Shown here piece by piece: positions 19,805 through 29,449 of a stretch of DNA of 64,000 bases. The notes beneath the pieces were generated by a model. That model was not told the origin of the DNA, did not search any database, and saw only the letters and a list, made by a program, of their open reading frames with translations. Made by a program: the position numbers and the translations under genes. Source of the stretch: a virus (Duplodnaviria; Caudoviricetes); IMG/VR virus record IMGVR_UViG_2565956960_000004, positions 12,102 through 76,101 of that record; one strand, 5' to 3'. Each line of letters begins with the position of its first letter. Positions within the stretch are counted from its first letter, which is position 1.

Positions 19805-20008
19805 ATGATGCGTATTAGTCGTCTCGCTTTAATGGGTGCTTTGGGTGTGATTATGTCTGGAACGGGCGCAGTTCCTGTTAGTGCTGTACCTCGGTCACAT
19901 AGTAAGTTCTCAATTCCTGAATTTCACCCCACTAAGATTGATAAAAAACCTAATAAGTTAAGCCAAAAGAAACGTCGTATTAGAAAGCGTCAACTCGGGA
20001 ATCATTAA
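19805..20008 (+). CDS. Small protein with hydrophobic N-terminus and very basic C-terminus
   Basis: GAGGA RBS. KKPNKLSQKKRRIRKR tail. Confidence 0.6.
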   Translation: MMRISRLALMGALGVIMSGTGAVPVSAVPRSHSKFSIPEFHPTKIDKKPNKLSQKKRRIRKRQLGNH

Positions 20009-20013
20009 AAGTT

Positions 20014-20040
20014 ATCCCCCTAAATTTAGGGGGATTTTTT
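20014..20040. terminator. Terminator between convergent genes
   Basis: ATCCCCCTAAATTTAGGGGGAT plus T-tract. Confidence 0.7.
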
Positions 20041-20989
20041 ATTTACTCACTGCTGCAATTTTCATCGAACTTAAATAATTTTCAACTGTATGAATATTTT
20101 GGAAATCTTTTACTGCAAAACCCGCACCAGTAGCAGTAGGAAAAAGTGTAGCCGCAGTTACATTGTAGAGTTCACAAAGTTTGAGTAATTCAGTGGCTTG
20201 CGAATAAGGAATAGTAAATTTATGCAAATCATCTATGAAAAACATATCGGAGGTATCAATGGTTCTTGAGGAGTCAAATATTGACATCCCTTGAATTTCT
20301 TCCGAATCAAATTTAAAAGCAATGTCACGCAATATTGTAAAACATCCTTGTTGAGCAGCTACATGAGAATTAATCCCACTTGGAATACGTACAATATTAA
20401 TTGGGAAATCGCTATCTGGCTTAGGTATACCCAAATTATGGCTAATAGTATTAATTTTTGCAGTTTCCAAAATCCATACAGCAAGATTTCGCTCTAAATT
20501 TGGATTAATTCCATTAATAATTTCACTAGCCATAATTTTTATTGCTTCGCTAGCACTAAAATAAATTGCTACGAATGATCTGTAACTCCAGTCTAAAAAT
20601 CTAGTTGATACGCCATAATGCTGAGCAAATGCTAAAATTTCATAGAATTCTGGATGTGGCCATTTTGATTTGTATTCTAAGTCATAGTAACCAAGCAAAC
20701 TTTTTAACTTTTTATGTATTGATGGAGTGAGGCCTGGTACTTGAATACCAATATTATCGCAATAATCAATAAATGTTAGAATTAAAAGGACTTCATCTTC
20801 TGTTTGTTGAAAAATAGATTTTTTTTGAAAACTACGGGTGGAATTAGGTGCAAGTAACCAATTTGAATCACCTTGACCGCGATAAACAGGATATCTGTAA
20901 TGACCAATTAATTTTACAATCTCTTCTGGTCTTAGCTGATCCCAAAACAATTTGGCATCATCAAAATGATGTGTTTTATAAGAAGGCAT
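20039..20989 (-). CDS. FRG-domain protein (moron, candidate defence)
   Basis: YRGQ..W.L.P, AQHYGVSTRFLDW and AQQGCF motifs. AT-rich, opposite strand. Confidence 0.85.
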   Translation of the reverse strand: MPSYKTHHFDDAKLFWDQLRPEEIVKLIGHYRYPVYRGQGDSNWLLAPNSTRSFQKKSIFQQTEDEVLLILTFIDYCDNIGIQVPGLTPSIHKKLKSLLGYYDLEYKSKWPHPEFYEILAFAQHYGVSTRFLDWSYRSFVAIYFSASEAIKIMASEIINGINPNLERNLAVWILETAKINTISHNLGIPKPDSDFPINIVRIPSGINSHVAAQQGCFTILRDIAFKFDSEEIQGMSIFDSSRTIDTSDMFFIDDLHKFTIPYSQATELLKLCELYNVTAATLFPTATGAGFAVKDFQNIHTVENYLSSMKIAAVSK

Positions 20990-21024
20990 AATTTAACTCT
21001 AAATTTTAGGTGAAATATAATAAA

Positions 21025-21064
21025 TGGAACTGGTTAAAATTTAAATAATTAAAACCCCGAAAAT
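21025..21064 (+). promoter_or_regulatory. Putative late promoter TGGAAC-N28-GAAAAT
   Basis: Shared motif. Stem 21065-21074/21082-21091. Confidence 0.75.
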
Positions 21065-21096
21065 AGCCCTAATACACAATATATTGGGGCTTTTTC

Positions 21097-22023
21097 ATGA
21101 CTGCAATAAAAGGTCGTAAGACAAAAAAAATTAAATACAACCTGTATGAACGGGGGCGTTTGCATTCTGGAAAAGACCGTAGCAATGTTGATATGAAAGA
21201 AATGATCAAGCGGATTAATGATCCTACGGTTCAGGACATGATCAAGTCTGGTACTTTCTTTGGTTACAACGGGCATGAAATACGCCAGCGCTATGGAATG
21301 AATCCGCCAGATTCCGTCATCATTGATGGAAAGGTTGTCTATTTAGAACGATCAATAAGAACACTTGAATCATATGCTGAACCCAATGGTGATGTAACTC
21401 ACGTCCATGAATTTCTAGAAAATGAATCGGGTGAATATGCTCGTAAGCAGTATCTTGCGCGGGCGGGTGGCTTTAGTTCAGCACAAAACTATAAACGGGC
21501 AGGTCTCGGATTAATTCCAGTTGGATTTTATGGTTTCGACTACGTGATGCAGCCGAACTATGCCACTAATGTTGGGGATGGACAGTTATTCGATGGATTG
21601 GCAATTCCCGAAGAACAAGATGGCGTTGTAGCTAGTTTCGATGATGCTACAGATGTCACACAACTTTCAGCTGCTGATGCAATGATCGCCCACTTACTTG
21701 AACAACAAATCGTTCGAGATTTTGACAATATCCGCATCCAATCTCAGTTATTAAATATGAATGGTCAAGCTCTTGACCAGATTGATGTTCTTTCACATCA
21801 AATTGCAAACAAAGAAAAACGGGAAGCTCTCCAAGCACAACGCCAGCATGATCTCTATACAGGTATGGTGGGAGAAGTCCGTTCATTCGATTCTGTGTGT
21901 GAAGAAGCGGATAACCTGCTTACTAAATGCGATTTAGCGCGTATGCGAATCAATGGGGAAACGCCAAAACAGAACAGCACTAAGACAAAAACTTTTAAAA
22001 GTATCTTTAGATTCGGAGGGTAA
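21097..22023 (+). CDS. Probable prohead maturation protease
   Basis: GYNGH, GGFSS and GFDYV..PNY fit the His/Ser/Asp triad layout of prohead serine proteases. Confidence 0.6.
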   Translation: MTAIKGRKTKKIKYNLYERGRLHSGKDRSNVDMKEMIKRINDPTVQDMIKSGTFFGYNGHEIRQRYGMNPPDSVIIDGKVVYLERSIRTLESYAEPNGDVTHVHEFLENESGEYARKQYLARAGGFSSAQNYKRAGLGLIPVGFYGFDYVMQPNYATNVGDGQLFDGLAIPEEQDGVVASFDDATDVTQLSAADAMIAHLLEQQIVRDFDNIRIQSQLLNMNGQALDQIDVLSHQIANKEKREALQAQRQHDLYTGMVGEVRSFDSVCEEADNLLTKCDLARMRINGETPKQNSTKTKTFKSIFRFGG

Positions 22024-22028
22024 TTCTA

Positions 22029-22835
22029 ATGACATTACCCAAAGACTCACTTAAATGCATTCAAGATGCTTGGTACAAGCTTTTAGTAGATTTTCGCGCC
22101 TGGTATATGCCAGAAACAATACTGACCAATGAGTGGAAAAAACGCGATATTGGGATTGCTATCAAATCGTGCCAAAGCCGGTTAATAGATGACTCTGAAG
22201 CTATGCTGGCAGAGTATCGGAAAAATCAGAATACCGATGTCGTCGCAGGTGCCACGGCGTTTATGCCAATTATGTTGACTGCTACAGCAACAATTGATCA
22301 GCCACCCGATACTATGCAGTTGCTACCTATGCCTTATTTAGTGCCGGTGGTGATTGGTGATAAGCAGGTAAGAATCCGCTTAATAGCGAAGACTGTAAGA
22401 GCTCAAATCGCCTTCTTTGCAACAAATTCTCATGATGCTAAATCGGTGTGTGATCAATTTTGTGCATATGTGCAGAATGAAGATAAACGCCGTTTTGCTG
22501 TGCCTTTTGATATGGGTAATGGGCATATCCAAAATAGTACTTTTACTATTTTTGAAAATCAGTTGTTTCCTTCACCAGTGCCAGGCGAAGCAATTAACCT
22601 TTCGATATTCACAGTTGATGCCCAGTTGGTCGGTTATGCACCTCAAATTTTGGGTTTAGGCGGGCCAAATGATAATGATACGGGCAATGGTTATGACCCC
22701 GAAGGAAAACCAATTGAAAAGCCTGATCATGGTTTAGTTGTGGTCCAAGCTGATCAATTTGCAGAGGATGGGCATACGCGAGTTATAGCTGATAAAGATA
22801 CTGGTGAGATTACCGTGGAGCACATCAATGACTGA
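22029..22835 (+). CDS. Virion structural protein (tail terminator-like)
   Basis: Position in the late operon; function inferred. Confidence 0.45.
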   Translation: MTLPKDSLKCIQDAWYKLLVDFRAWYMPETILTNEWKKRDIGIAIKSCQSRLIDDSEAMLAEYRKNQNTDVVAGATAFMPIMLTATATIDQPPDTMQLLPMPYLVPVVIGDKQVRIRLIAKTVRAQIAFFATNSHDAKSVCDQFCAYVQNEDKRRFAVPFDMGNGHIQNSTFTIFENQLFPSPVPGEAINLSIFTVDAQLVGYAPQILGLGGPNDNDTGNGYDPEGKPIEKPDHGLVVVQADQFAEDGHTRVIADKDTGEITVEHIND

Positions 22836-23337
22836 AATTATTAAAATTGATGCTCGTGTAACCGGATTTTCAAATGATCCTACCAGGCTAATCAGTCTAT
22901 GCATTCCCGAGACTGGGGAAATTTTAGTTCAACAAATTGAAATTTTTACGACGTTACCAGTGAGACCAGATCAACAGGCCGATACGATTGTTGTCACAGA
23001 TTCACCTAATCTAATCCAAAACTGGCAATTGAAATTTGACCCAAGAGAGCATCTGGAAGAAGTGATTCAAATCTATCAAACAAGCTTTCGTGCGGGTTTG
23101 GTTGAGTTCGAAAAATCTTTAGAACGCTACAATCCAATGAATATTTTGCAGGTCCGTAAAATTGATAAAAATGGATTACAGCAAGAGTTTGACAGTGGCT
23201 CATTAGATAATGGTCATATCGCTGCGCTTATCACAATCTGGGCAAGTCATAAAATTGCGGTTTCACATGCCGTCACATCTAAAGAGGAAGTAAAAGAAGA
23301 ATATATCGATAGAACCATGTTGCCGTTTAGTATTTAA
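22828..23337 (+). CDS. Hypothetical late protein
   Basis: GGAG RBS. Coupled upstream of the terminase. Confidence 0.7.
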   Translation: MTEIIKIDARVTGFSNDPTRLISLCIPETGEILVQQIEIFTTLPVRPDQQADTIVVTDSPNLIQNWQLKFDPREHLEEVIQIYQTSFRAGLVEFEKSLERYNPMNILQVRKIDKNGLQQEFDSGSLDNGHIAALITIWASHKIAVSHAVTSKEEVKEEYIDRTMLPFSI

Positions 23338-23346
23338 CGGTGACGT

Positions 23347-25344
23347 ATGGCTCTAAAACCTCTCAAGTACATTCCCGAATGGTGGGAACTCTGTGCACGT
23401 TATCGATATGACATCTATGCCTTTGCTGTAGAGGCATTGGGTGTTACACCGACATGGCAACAAGAATTACTTTTTGAATCTATCCAGTTTGATGGTAGCC
23501 GAACCTCTGTAGCTTCTGGACATGGCTGCTTCGGCAAAGGCACAAAAATCCGCTTGGCTAATGGCAAATGGAAGCGTGTCGAAAAAATAACAATAAATGA
23601 TGCCGTGATGGGCACAGATGGCTTTACGCCGCGGGAAGTGATTAAGGTCGTCAGAGGATATCAAGAGCTTTACCAGTTTGAATATGCAAACGGTTCAAAG
23701 CATGTCTATAACAAATCACATATCCTTTGTTTAGTCTCACTTGAATCTAAAAACGGCTGGAAAGCTGGCGATACCATGGAAGTATTGGTATCGAAGTATC
23801 TTGAATGGCCCGAAGAAACAAAGCGTCTATTCGCAGCCTATGAGCTAAAACATAGAAAATTCCAGCCAGTCAAAATTAATAATGTCACCACTTTGGGAGA
23901 GGGGGATTATTACGGCTTTGTACTGGATGGTGATGCCACTTTTCTTACTGCTGATGGAATGGTCCACCACAACACGGGTAAAACAGCTTCAGCCGGTATC
24001 GTTGCACTCTGGCACTTATTGTTCTTTCAAGATTCAATTACGATGTTTACTGCGCCGCAAATCGGGCAGTTAAAGAAACAAGTCTGGAAAGAAATCAGTA
24101 TTAATCTGGGAAGACTCAAAGCTGGTCCACTGGCATGGCTTGCAGACTATGTAGGTTATCAGTCTGAATTCGTATATATAAAGGGTTATAAGGCAGAGTG
24201 GTACATCTTTGCAAAAACAGCACCAAAGCATCAGCCAACGAATTTAGCGGGGAACCATGCTGATAATTACCTGCTATGGGGTGATGAAGCCAGTGGTATT
24301 GCTGATGAAATTTGGGATGTTGCTTTAGGGGCGTTAACTCACGATGATAACCGTGCAGTAATGACCTCACAGCCAACACGTAATGCGGGCATGTTCTATG
24401 AAACACATCATAAGCTTAGTCACAGGGCGGGCGGTGTCTGGATTGCATTAACGTTCAATGGTGAAGAATCTCCACTAGTAAGTAAGCAATCATTAGAAGA
24501 ACAACGACAAAAATACGGTAGCCGTGACGACCCACAATATCAAATCCGGGTTTTAGGACAATTCCCAGACCGGTCGGATGAATTCTTGATTACCAAACGC
24601 CAGGCAGATGACATGTATGTCGGCGCGTCAATTTTTGCCGAACATATTTTTGGTTATGTCATAACTGTTGACGTTGGTGGCGGGGGTGGCCGTGATGATT
24701 CTGTAATTGCAGTATCAAAAGTATGGGGAGAAGCCCAGTGGGGGGATCGGGCACGCCGTGTAGAAGTCGTTGATATTCCACTTTGTAAGAATAAGGATGA
24801 TATCACTGAGCTCTTTGCCAAGATCAATGAATGTATCCTGAAATACCCAAATGCCACTCTGGTGGTTGATGATAATGGCGCGGGTAAAGGCTTAGGACAA
24901 CTCCTTAAAAAGAATGGTATCTGGTATATGCCAGTGTATTGGGGTGGTGCATGCTTCAACAATGATAATCGTAAAGAGTACGTGAATAAGCGAGCTCTGG
25001 CCTATGTTTGCTTAAAACGTGCAATTGAATCTGGGCGATTCAAAGTTAAAACCAAAAAATTCAAAGTTAAGATTCAGGACCAGATTATCAAAATCCCTTA
25101 CACGTTTGATGAGCACAGTCGATACAAGATCCTGAGTAAAGATGAAATGAAGCGCCAGGGGATCAAATCACCCGATCTTGGTGATGTATTTGCATTCTTG
25201 TTCTTGGAAAATGTGTTCTATACAGAAGCATATGAGAATGTGATTGTTGCCGATGATAGCCCAGAAGCCCAAGAACGAGCAGAGCGTAAATCACGTTTTG
25301 ATAAGTTGAAGAATGCAGCTAAAGATTTAGCAAATAAGGGGTAA
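23347..25344 (+). CDS. Terminase large subunit containing an intein
   Basis: Spliced Walker A SGHG|TGKT, Walker B DEASG, SQPTR, nuclease DVGGG..DDS and KSPDLGD. Confidence 0.92.
   Translation: MALKPLKYIPEWWELCARYRYDIYAFAVEALGVTPTWQQELLFESIQFDGSRTSVASGHGCFGKGTKIRLANGKWKRVEKITINDAVMGTDGFTPREVIKVVRGYQELYQFEYANGSKHVYNKSHILCLVSLESKNGWKAGDTMEVLVSKYLEWPEETKRLFAAYELKHRKFQPVKINNVTTLGEGDYYGFVLDGDATFLTADGMVHHNTGKTASAGIVALWHLLFFQDSITMFTAPQIGQLKKQVWKEISINLGRLKAGPLAWLADYVGYQSEFVYIKGYKAEWYIFAKTAPKHQPTNLAGNHADNYLLWGDEASGIADEIWDVALGALTHDDNRAVMTSQPTRNAGMFYETHHKLSHRAGGVWIALTFNGEESPLVSKQSLEEQRQKYGSRDDPQYQIRVLGQFPDRSDEFLITKRQADDMYVGASIFAEHIFGYVITVDVGGGGGRDDSVIAVSKVWGEAQWGDRARRVEVVDIPLCKNKDDITELFAKINECILKYPNATLVVDDNGAGKGLGQLLKKNGIWYMPVYWGGACFNNDNRKEYVNKRALAYVCLKRAIESGRFKVKTKKFKVKIQDQIIKIPYTFDEHSRYKILSKDEMKRQGIKSPDLGDVFAFLFLENVFYTEAYENVIVADDSPEAQERAERKSRFDKLKNAAKDLANKG
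23527..23973 (+). mobile_element. Mini-intein (149 aa)
   Basis: Begins CFGKGTKIRLANG, block B NKSH, block F YYGFVL, ends HHN with +1 Thr. No endonuclease. Confidence 0.92.
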
Positions 25345-25377
25345 ACTTGCTTCACCCCTTATTAACGGTTTATTTCG

Positions 25378-25572
25378 TTAAAAATAGTCTTTAATCAGAT
25401 TTTTAATCCAATCTATAAACTTGAAGCTTGAAATGCCATTAGCGATCAGTCTTAGCGTGTTGGAACATATTTTTAACATTTCCAACTTCATTTCGGCTTG
25501 TGTTTGCTGGCTAATTTTACTCGGCTTTTGCGGACTATTCTTGCGCTTATTTTTATTTCGGCGTTTTGACAT
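25378..25572 (-). CDS. Small basic hypothetical protein
   Basis: ORF with ATG, convergent with the terminase. Confidence 0.5.
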   Translation of the reverse strand: MSKRRNKNKRKNSPQKPSKISQQTQAEMKLEMLKICSNTLRLIANGISSFKFIDWIKNLIKDYF

Positions 25573-25678
25573 GATAGGTCTCTAGAATTAGATGATCTGT
25601 CAACACGTTCAGAAGTTATAAACGTAGATAGCCCTCCAAACGTGTCATTAAATACGTTTGGTCATGGGATGAAGCCTT

Positions 25679-26149
25679 TTAAGCAGAAATAGAGAGATTC
25701 TTTTGAATCGTGAAATTACGAATAACAATAAATATTAAGGGCAGGAAAATTGATAATATTGATCTAAAAATATTGTTGATGGGTGCTACGATAGATTTTT
25801 GATTAACTTTTAAAGTAATCAATAAAAGTAGGTTTTCTAAAGCTATAACATGATTTTGGTTCAAGACCGAAGAAGATTTATTTTTTTCAACTTTTTTATG
25901 AATGGTAATGAGTTTGTCCATCCAGAACATTACTAATTTTTTGTTGTTCCAACTTTTCCTTATTTTATTCCAATTACGGAAAAAGTGATTTATAGGAATG
26001 TTGGTATAATTAGCTATTTTCTCAAGTAATTCACAATGAGAGTAGATAAACATTGATCTATTATCAGTATTTGAACTTTCGATGATTTTTACCTCTGGTT
26101 CGTATATTAGTGGGACCCGAGGCGGTCTGAGCCTTTGTAGTTTTAACAA
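25679..26149 (-). CDS. Hypothetical AT-rich moron protein
   Basis: AAAGGAG RBS before the TTG start. Hydrophobic C-terminus. Confidence 0.55.
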   Translation of the reverse strand: MLKLQRLRPPRVPLIYEPEVKIIESSNTDNRSMFIYSHCELLEKIANYTNIPINHFFRNWNKIRKSWNNKKLVMFWMDKLITIHKKVEKNKSSSVLNQNHVIALENLLLLITLKVNQKSIVAPINNIFRSILSIFLPLIFIVIRNFTIQKNLSISA

Positions 26150-26233
26150 ATTTTTGCTCCTTTAAAAATTGATGATTAATATATAAACAAAAACAAATTG
26201 CCAGTCAATGCACTATTTCCATTAGCTAATTAT

Positions 26234-26274
26234 TGGAACACTGGTAAAAAGGAAAGACTTATAATTTTCATAAT
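26234..26274 (+). promoter_or_regulatory. Putative late promoter TGGAAC-N29-CATAAT
   Basis: Shared motif. Perfect 12-bp stem 26272-26283/26298-26309 includes the start codon. Confidence 0.78.
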
Positions 26275-26300
26275 AACCATAGTGGACAAATGGGTGAACT

Positions 26301-27446
26301 ATGGTTATTCAATATTATTTAACAGATGCAGGGCGTGAAGTTGCTTTAAGTGCAGCGACGTTAGGGTTAGAAGTATCTCTGGCACATATAGGTGTTGGTT
26401 CTGCTAAATATGACCCATTAACTGCATTAGGCAACACAACATTAGTCAATGAGATTGCACGTTTTCCGTTGAATGGTGGTGGCGTAGAACCCAACTCCAA
26501 AACATTGCGTTTCGTAACGAGCATTGAACCCACTATTACGGCAGATGGTTTTGAAATTGGAATTTTCACAAGTACCGGTGTTCTTTTTGCAATAGCGTCA
26601 ACAACAACAAATGTCCCGCTGATTCGACTGGTTGCAAATATTGTCACTATTTCAACCTTTGGAATGATTCTATCAACCATAACCCTTACAAATATTCTTA
26701 TCGCGATTGATCCGAATACACCGGTTTGCGTGGCATTGATGAATCAGCATTTAGATCATCCAGATCCACATCCGCAGTATGCGACAAAAATTGATTTAAG
26801 TAATGAGACAGATGCTCGAAATGTAAGTGATAACTTACTGAATGACAAAATAGACCTTAAGTACGATAAGGCCGGCGGAACCATTTCAGGAAATGCCCGA
26901 CTTGATGGAAATCTCAATAAAGTTAATGGAACTTTGATAGCAAAAGATTTTGCAGTGCATGGCAATGGTGTTGATCAAAGTTTAGGAATGACTATTTCAA
27001 CTCAAGCTGGCTATGCAGGTTTCCACAATACGGATGTCAATGGTGCCATTGATCCGAATTCAATGTTTTCATTTGCTGGTCGGGTTTTTTTTGGTAGTAC
27101 ATTCTCAAATTCACCAGGACCCAACTCTTTCGGTCGTTCCACCAGTTTACCTAACGGTTTTATTATGCAATTTGGATTTGTTGCATCTGGCGATATGACC
27201 CCGTTTTCAGGTTCTTCGACGGGTGAAAAGTTTTTCAATTTAACTTTCCCTCAGCAATTTCCAAATGCTTGTCTTAGCGGTCAAGCAACGATATGTCTGC
27301 AGTCTGTAGATCAAAATAATGATACGTGGGCGCAGGTGGGAAATATTACAAACAATGGCATGACCCTAGTCAGCCAGACACCCGATCCAGACAGTGGTTC
27401 ATTTAAAGCATTTAGCGGTATTTTTTGGCTAGCAATCGGGTTCTAA
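26301..27446 (+). CDS. Tail fibre protein
   Basis: P2 gpH-like N-terminus (LTDAG..HIGVG..EIGIF), DPHPQY motif, C-terminal LPNGFIMQFG..FP..FPNAC..WLAIGF. Confidence 0.85.
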   Translation: MVIQYYLTDAGREVALSAATLGLEVSLAHIGVGSAKYDPLTALGNTTLVNEIARFPLNGGGVEPNSKTLRFVTSIEPTITADGFEIGIFTSTGVLFAIASTTTNVPLIRLVANIVTISTFGMILSTITLTNILIAIDPNTPVCVALMNQHLDHPDPHPQYATKIDLSNETDARNVSDNLLNDKIDLKYDKAGGTISGNARLDGNLNKVNGTLIAKDFAVHGNGVDQSLGMTISTQAGYAGFHNTDVNGAIDPNSMFSFAGRVFFGSTFSNSPGPNSFGRSTSLPNGFIMQFGFVASGDMTPFSGSSTGEKFFNLTFPQQFPNACLSGQATICLQSVDQNNDTWAQVGNITNNGMTLVSQTPDPDSGSFKAFSGIFWLAIGF

Positions 27447-27448
27447 CT

Positions 27449-27721
27449 ATGATCAATGAATTTCGCAATGCCATTCGAGACCATATTAATCGAACCATTC
27501 AGCAGGGGAAGTTGAATCAATTAATTATCTGGGACGTAAAATCAGATGAAGCGGCAGACCCCACTTTATTAAGCTTTAGAATCTATGGTTCCCGTATTCA
27601 TACAGATGTAATTCAAGTGGCTTGTGGTGTCAGCGGGATTTGGGAGAAATTACCTGAAAAGCGTATCGCCGTTCCGACAATCAATGATGTTTTACGTTTA
27701 AGAAACGAATATCAGGCGTAG
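27449..27721 (+). CDS. Tail/baseplate X-like (LysM-like) small protein
   Basis: D.TLLSFRIYG...I...LP..I.VP pattern. Confidence 0.5.
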   Translation: MINEFRNAIRDHINRTIQQGKLNQLIIWDVKSDEAADPTLLSFRIYGSRIHTDVIQVACGVSGIWEKLPEKRIAVPTINDVLRLRNEYQA

Positions 27722-27729
27722 GTGGAATT

Positions 27730-28902
27730 ATGGCGATTGACGATAATTTCCAACAAGCTTACAAGCAGATGCAAAGTGCTTTGCAGAACGGGCGTTTGCG
27801 TAGAGATTTGCAAGGTAGACGAAGCGATGATAATAAGCAGCGTGCATTTGCAGAACGTGAGATTGAATACGATGACCGTGGTCGCAAAATTCCACGTCCC
27901 ATGTTTTTACGTCCTGAAGATATTGCGAAGGGACAAGATTACGATGTTGAGAAGGTTCTGTTTACAACTCTGGGCCAACAAAAGGGTGATCGTCCGCGGC
28001 GTATAACCAGGGATGATATTCTAGCTTTCCAAGACAATATTCTGTTGCTCAAAGACCAGTATAAAAAGGGCATTACAATTCAGAATATCATTAACTTGAG
28101 CTTGGCTGATGATATTGACCGCGCCAATGAGCAAATCTATTTAGCCGTGCCGATCAGCCGTAAAAGTGGTCTGGTTCATTTTCTCACAAATGCTGGACCT
28201 AACAGTAAGGTCCAAAATCACCATGTAGAAGTTGAATTTTCTAATTTTAATTCAGTGGTTTTTGATATCAAAAAAGAAGCAATCTCGACTGTAAAAAATC
28301 GGCTTGCAAATGGAAAGATTAGATTTGAATGTGATTGTGAACGGCATACATTCTGGTACCGGTACATGGCGACCATCGGTGGCTATGGCTTAGGTAGGCA
28401 GGAAGGTGGTTTTCCTAAAGTTAGAAATCCGCATTTATCCGGTGTTGCATGTAAGCATGTTCTGCGTGTCGCCAAATGGATTACTTCACCAGCGGGCATT
28501 CAATATCTAAAAAAACAAGTTGAAGCTGACCGTAAGAAACAAGTTGGTGCCAGATATAAGCTTTCCGATGCGCAAATCCAAGAACAGATAAATCAACAAG
28601 TTAAAGATTTAGAAAGTGGGATGTCTAAACCAATTGTTGGGAACGTTCAAAAAGCAGAACAGGAAATGATGCGCCGTGCTGAAAAAGTGGCTAAAAAGCA
28701 CTTTGCTAAGCAATTAAAAGAGCTGAAGGCATTAGAAAATAAACTTCATAAAGTCACTGTACAGGCGCAATTGGAAGCAGTTCTGCATACATTAAACAAA
28801 GATAAGCAAACTCAGGCCAGACGAATGGCTGATCTATGGGTGCGAAATGAAATCACCCAACAAGATTTTGATATTTATATGAGAGGTCTAAATGCTAAAT
28901 AG
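27730..28902 (+). CDS. SWIM zinc-finger morphogenesis protein
   Basis: CDC...CKH SWIM motif. Confidence 0.7.
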   Translation: MAIDDNFQQAYKQMQSALQNGRLRRDLQGRRSDDNKQRAFAEREIEYDDRGRKIPRPMFLRPEDIAKGQDYDVEKVLFTTLGQQKGDRPRRITRDDILAFQDNILLLKDQYKKGITIQNIINLSLADDIDRANEQIYLAVPISRKSGLVHFLTNAGPNSKVQNHHVEVEFSNFNSVVFDIKKEAISTVKNRLANGKIRFECDCERHTFWYRYMATIGGYGLGRQEGGFPKVRNPHLSGVACKHVLRVAKWITSPAGIQYLKKQVEADRKKQVGARYKLSDAQIQEQINQQVKDLESGMSKPIVGNVQKAEQEMMRRAEKVAKKHFAKQLKELKALENKLHKVTVQAQLEAVLHTLNKDKQTQARRMADLWVRNEITQQDFDIYMRGLNAK

Positions 28903-29449
28903 TGCAGTAAATCGCGTGGCAAATGGCCGTCATCTTGCAGCCAGACGAGTGGTAATGAATACACTTGGCACCATACCAGCGCAAGTATGGCGTAAGCGTA
29001 TTGTCTATAGTAATCAAGCTGATGCTCATTCACCGGTTGATCCACTTTCGTTTGAGGCTAATGCTCTATCGATACAGGATGAGCCTAACTATGAATACGA
29101 CCCTTTAGGGTTCGCTTATGTGCTTGTTGATAAGTTTAATGGCGGGGTGATCCATAAAAACTACAGTATGAACAATCCAAGTGATTTGACCATTATCGCG
29201 CAAATCGCTGCGTATGATCCTGAACTTGAATCGTTAGCTGATCAAATAAATAACATTCCAGATTTGCAATTCCAAGAAGGTGATTTACTCGCACTGATGA
29301 TTTACCAGGGCTTTATTGTTTGGTTTGAAATTGTTGGAACTACAGGCCAAACCCTAATGGCAGAGTTTGGTACAAACTACATTTTAAACCGCCGTGACGA
29401 ATTAAGTATTGATCCGGTCAAGAGCGAAGTAGAGTCGAGGACGAAGTGA
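28892..29449 (+). CDS. Head-closure/neck-like structural protein
   Basis: Late-operon position and EGDLL motif; function inferred. Confidence 0.45.
   Translation: MLNSAVNRVANGRHLAARRVVMNTLGTIPAQVWRKRIVYSNQADAHSPVDPLSFEANALSIQDEPNYEYDPLGFAYVLVDKFNGGVIHKNYSMNNPSDLTIIAQIAAYDPELESLADQINNIPDLQFQEGDLLALMIYQGFIVWFEIVGTTGQTLMAEFGTNYILNRRDELSIDPVKSEVESRTK

Noticed and set aside
25461-29340. Extra TGGAAC hexamers (25461, 29335 and others inside genes)
   Set aside because: They lack the hexamer at 28-29 nt and a suitably placed start codon.
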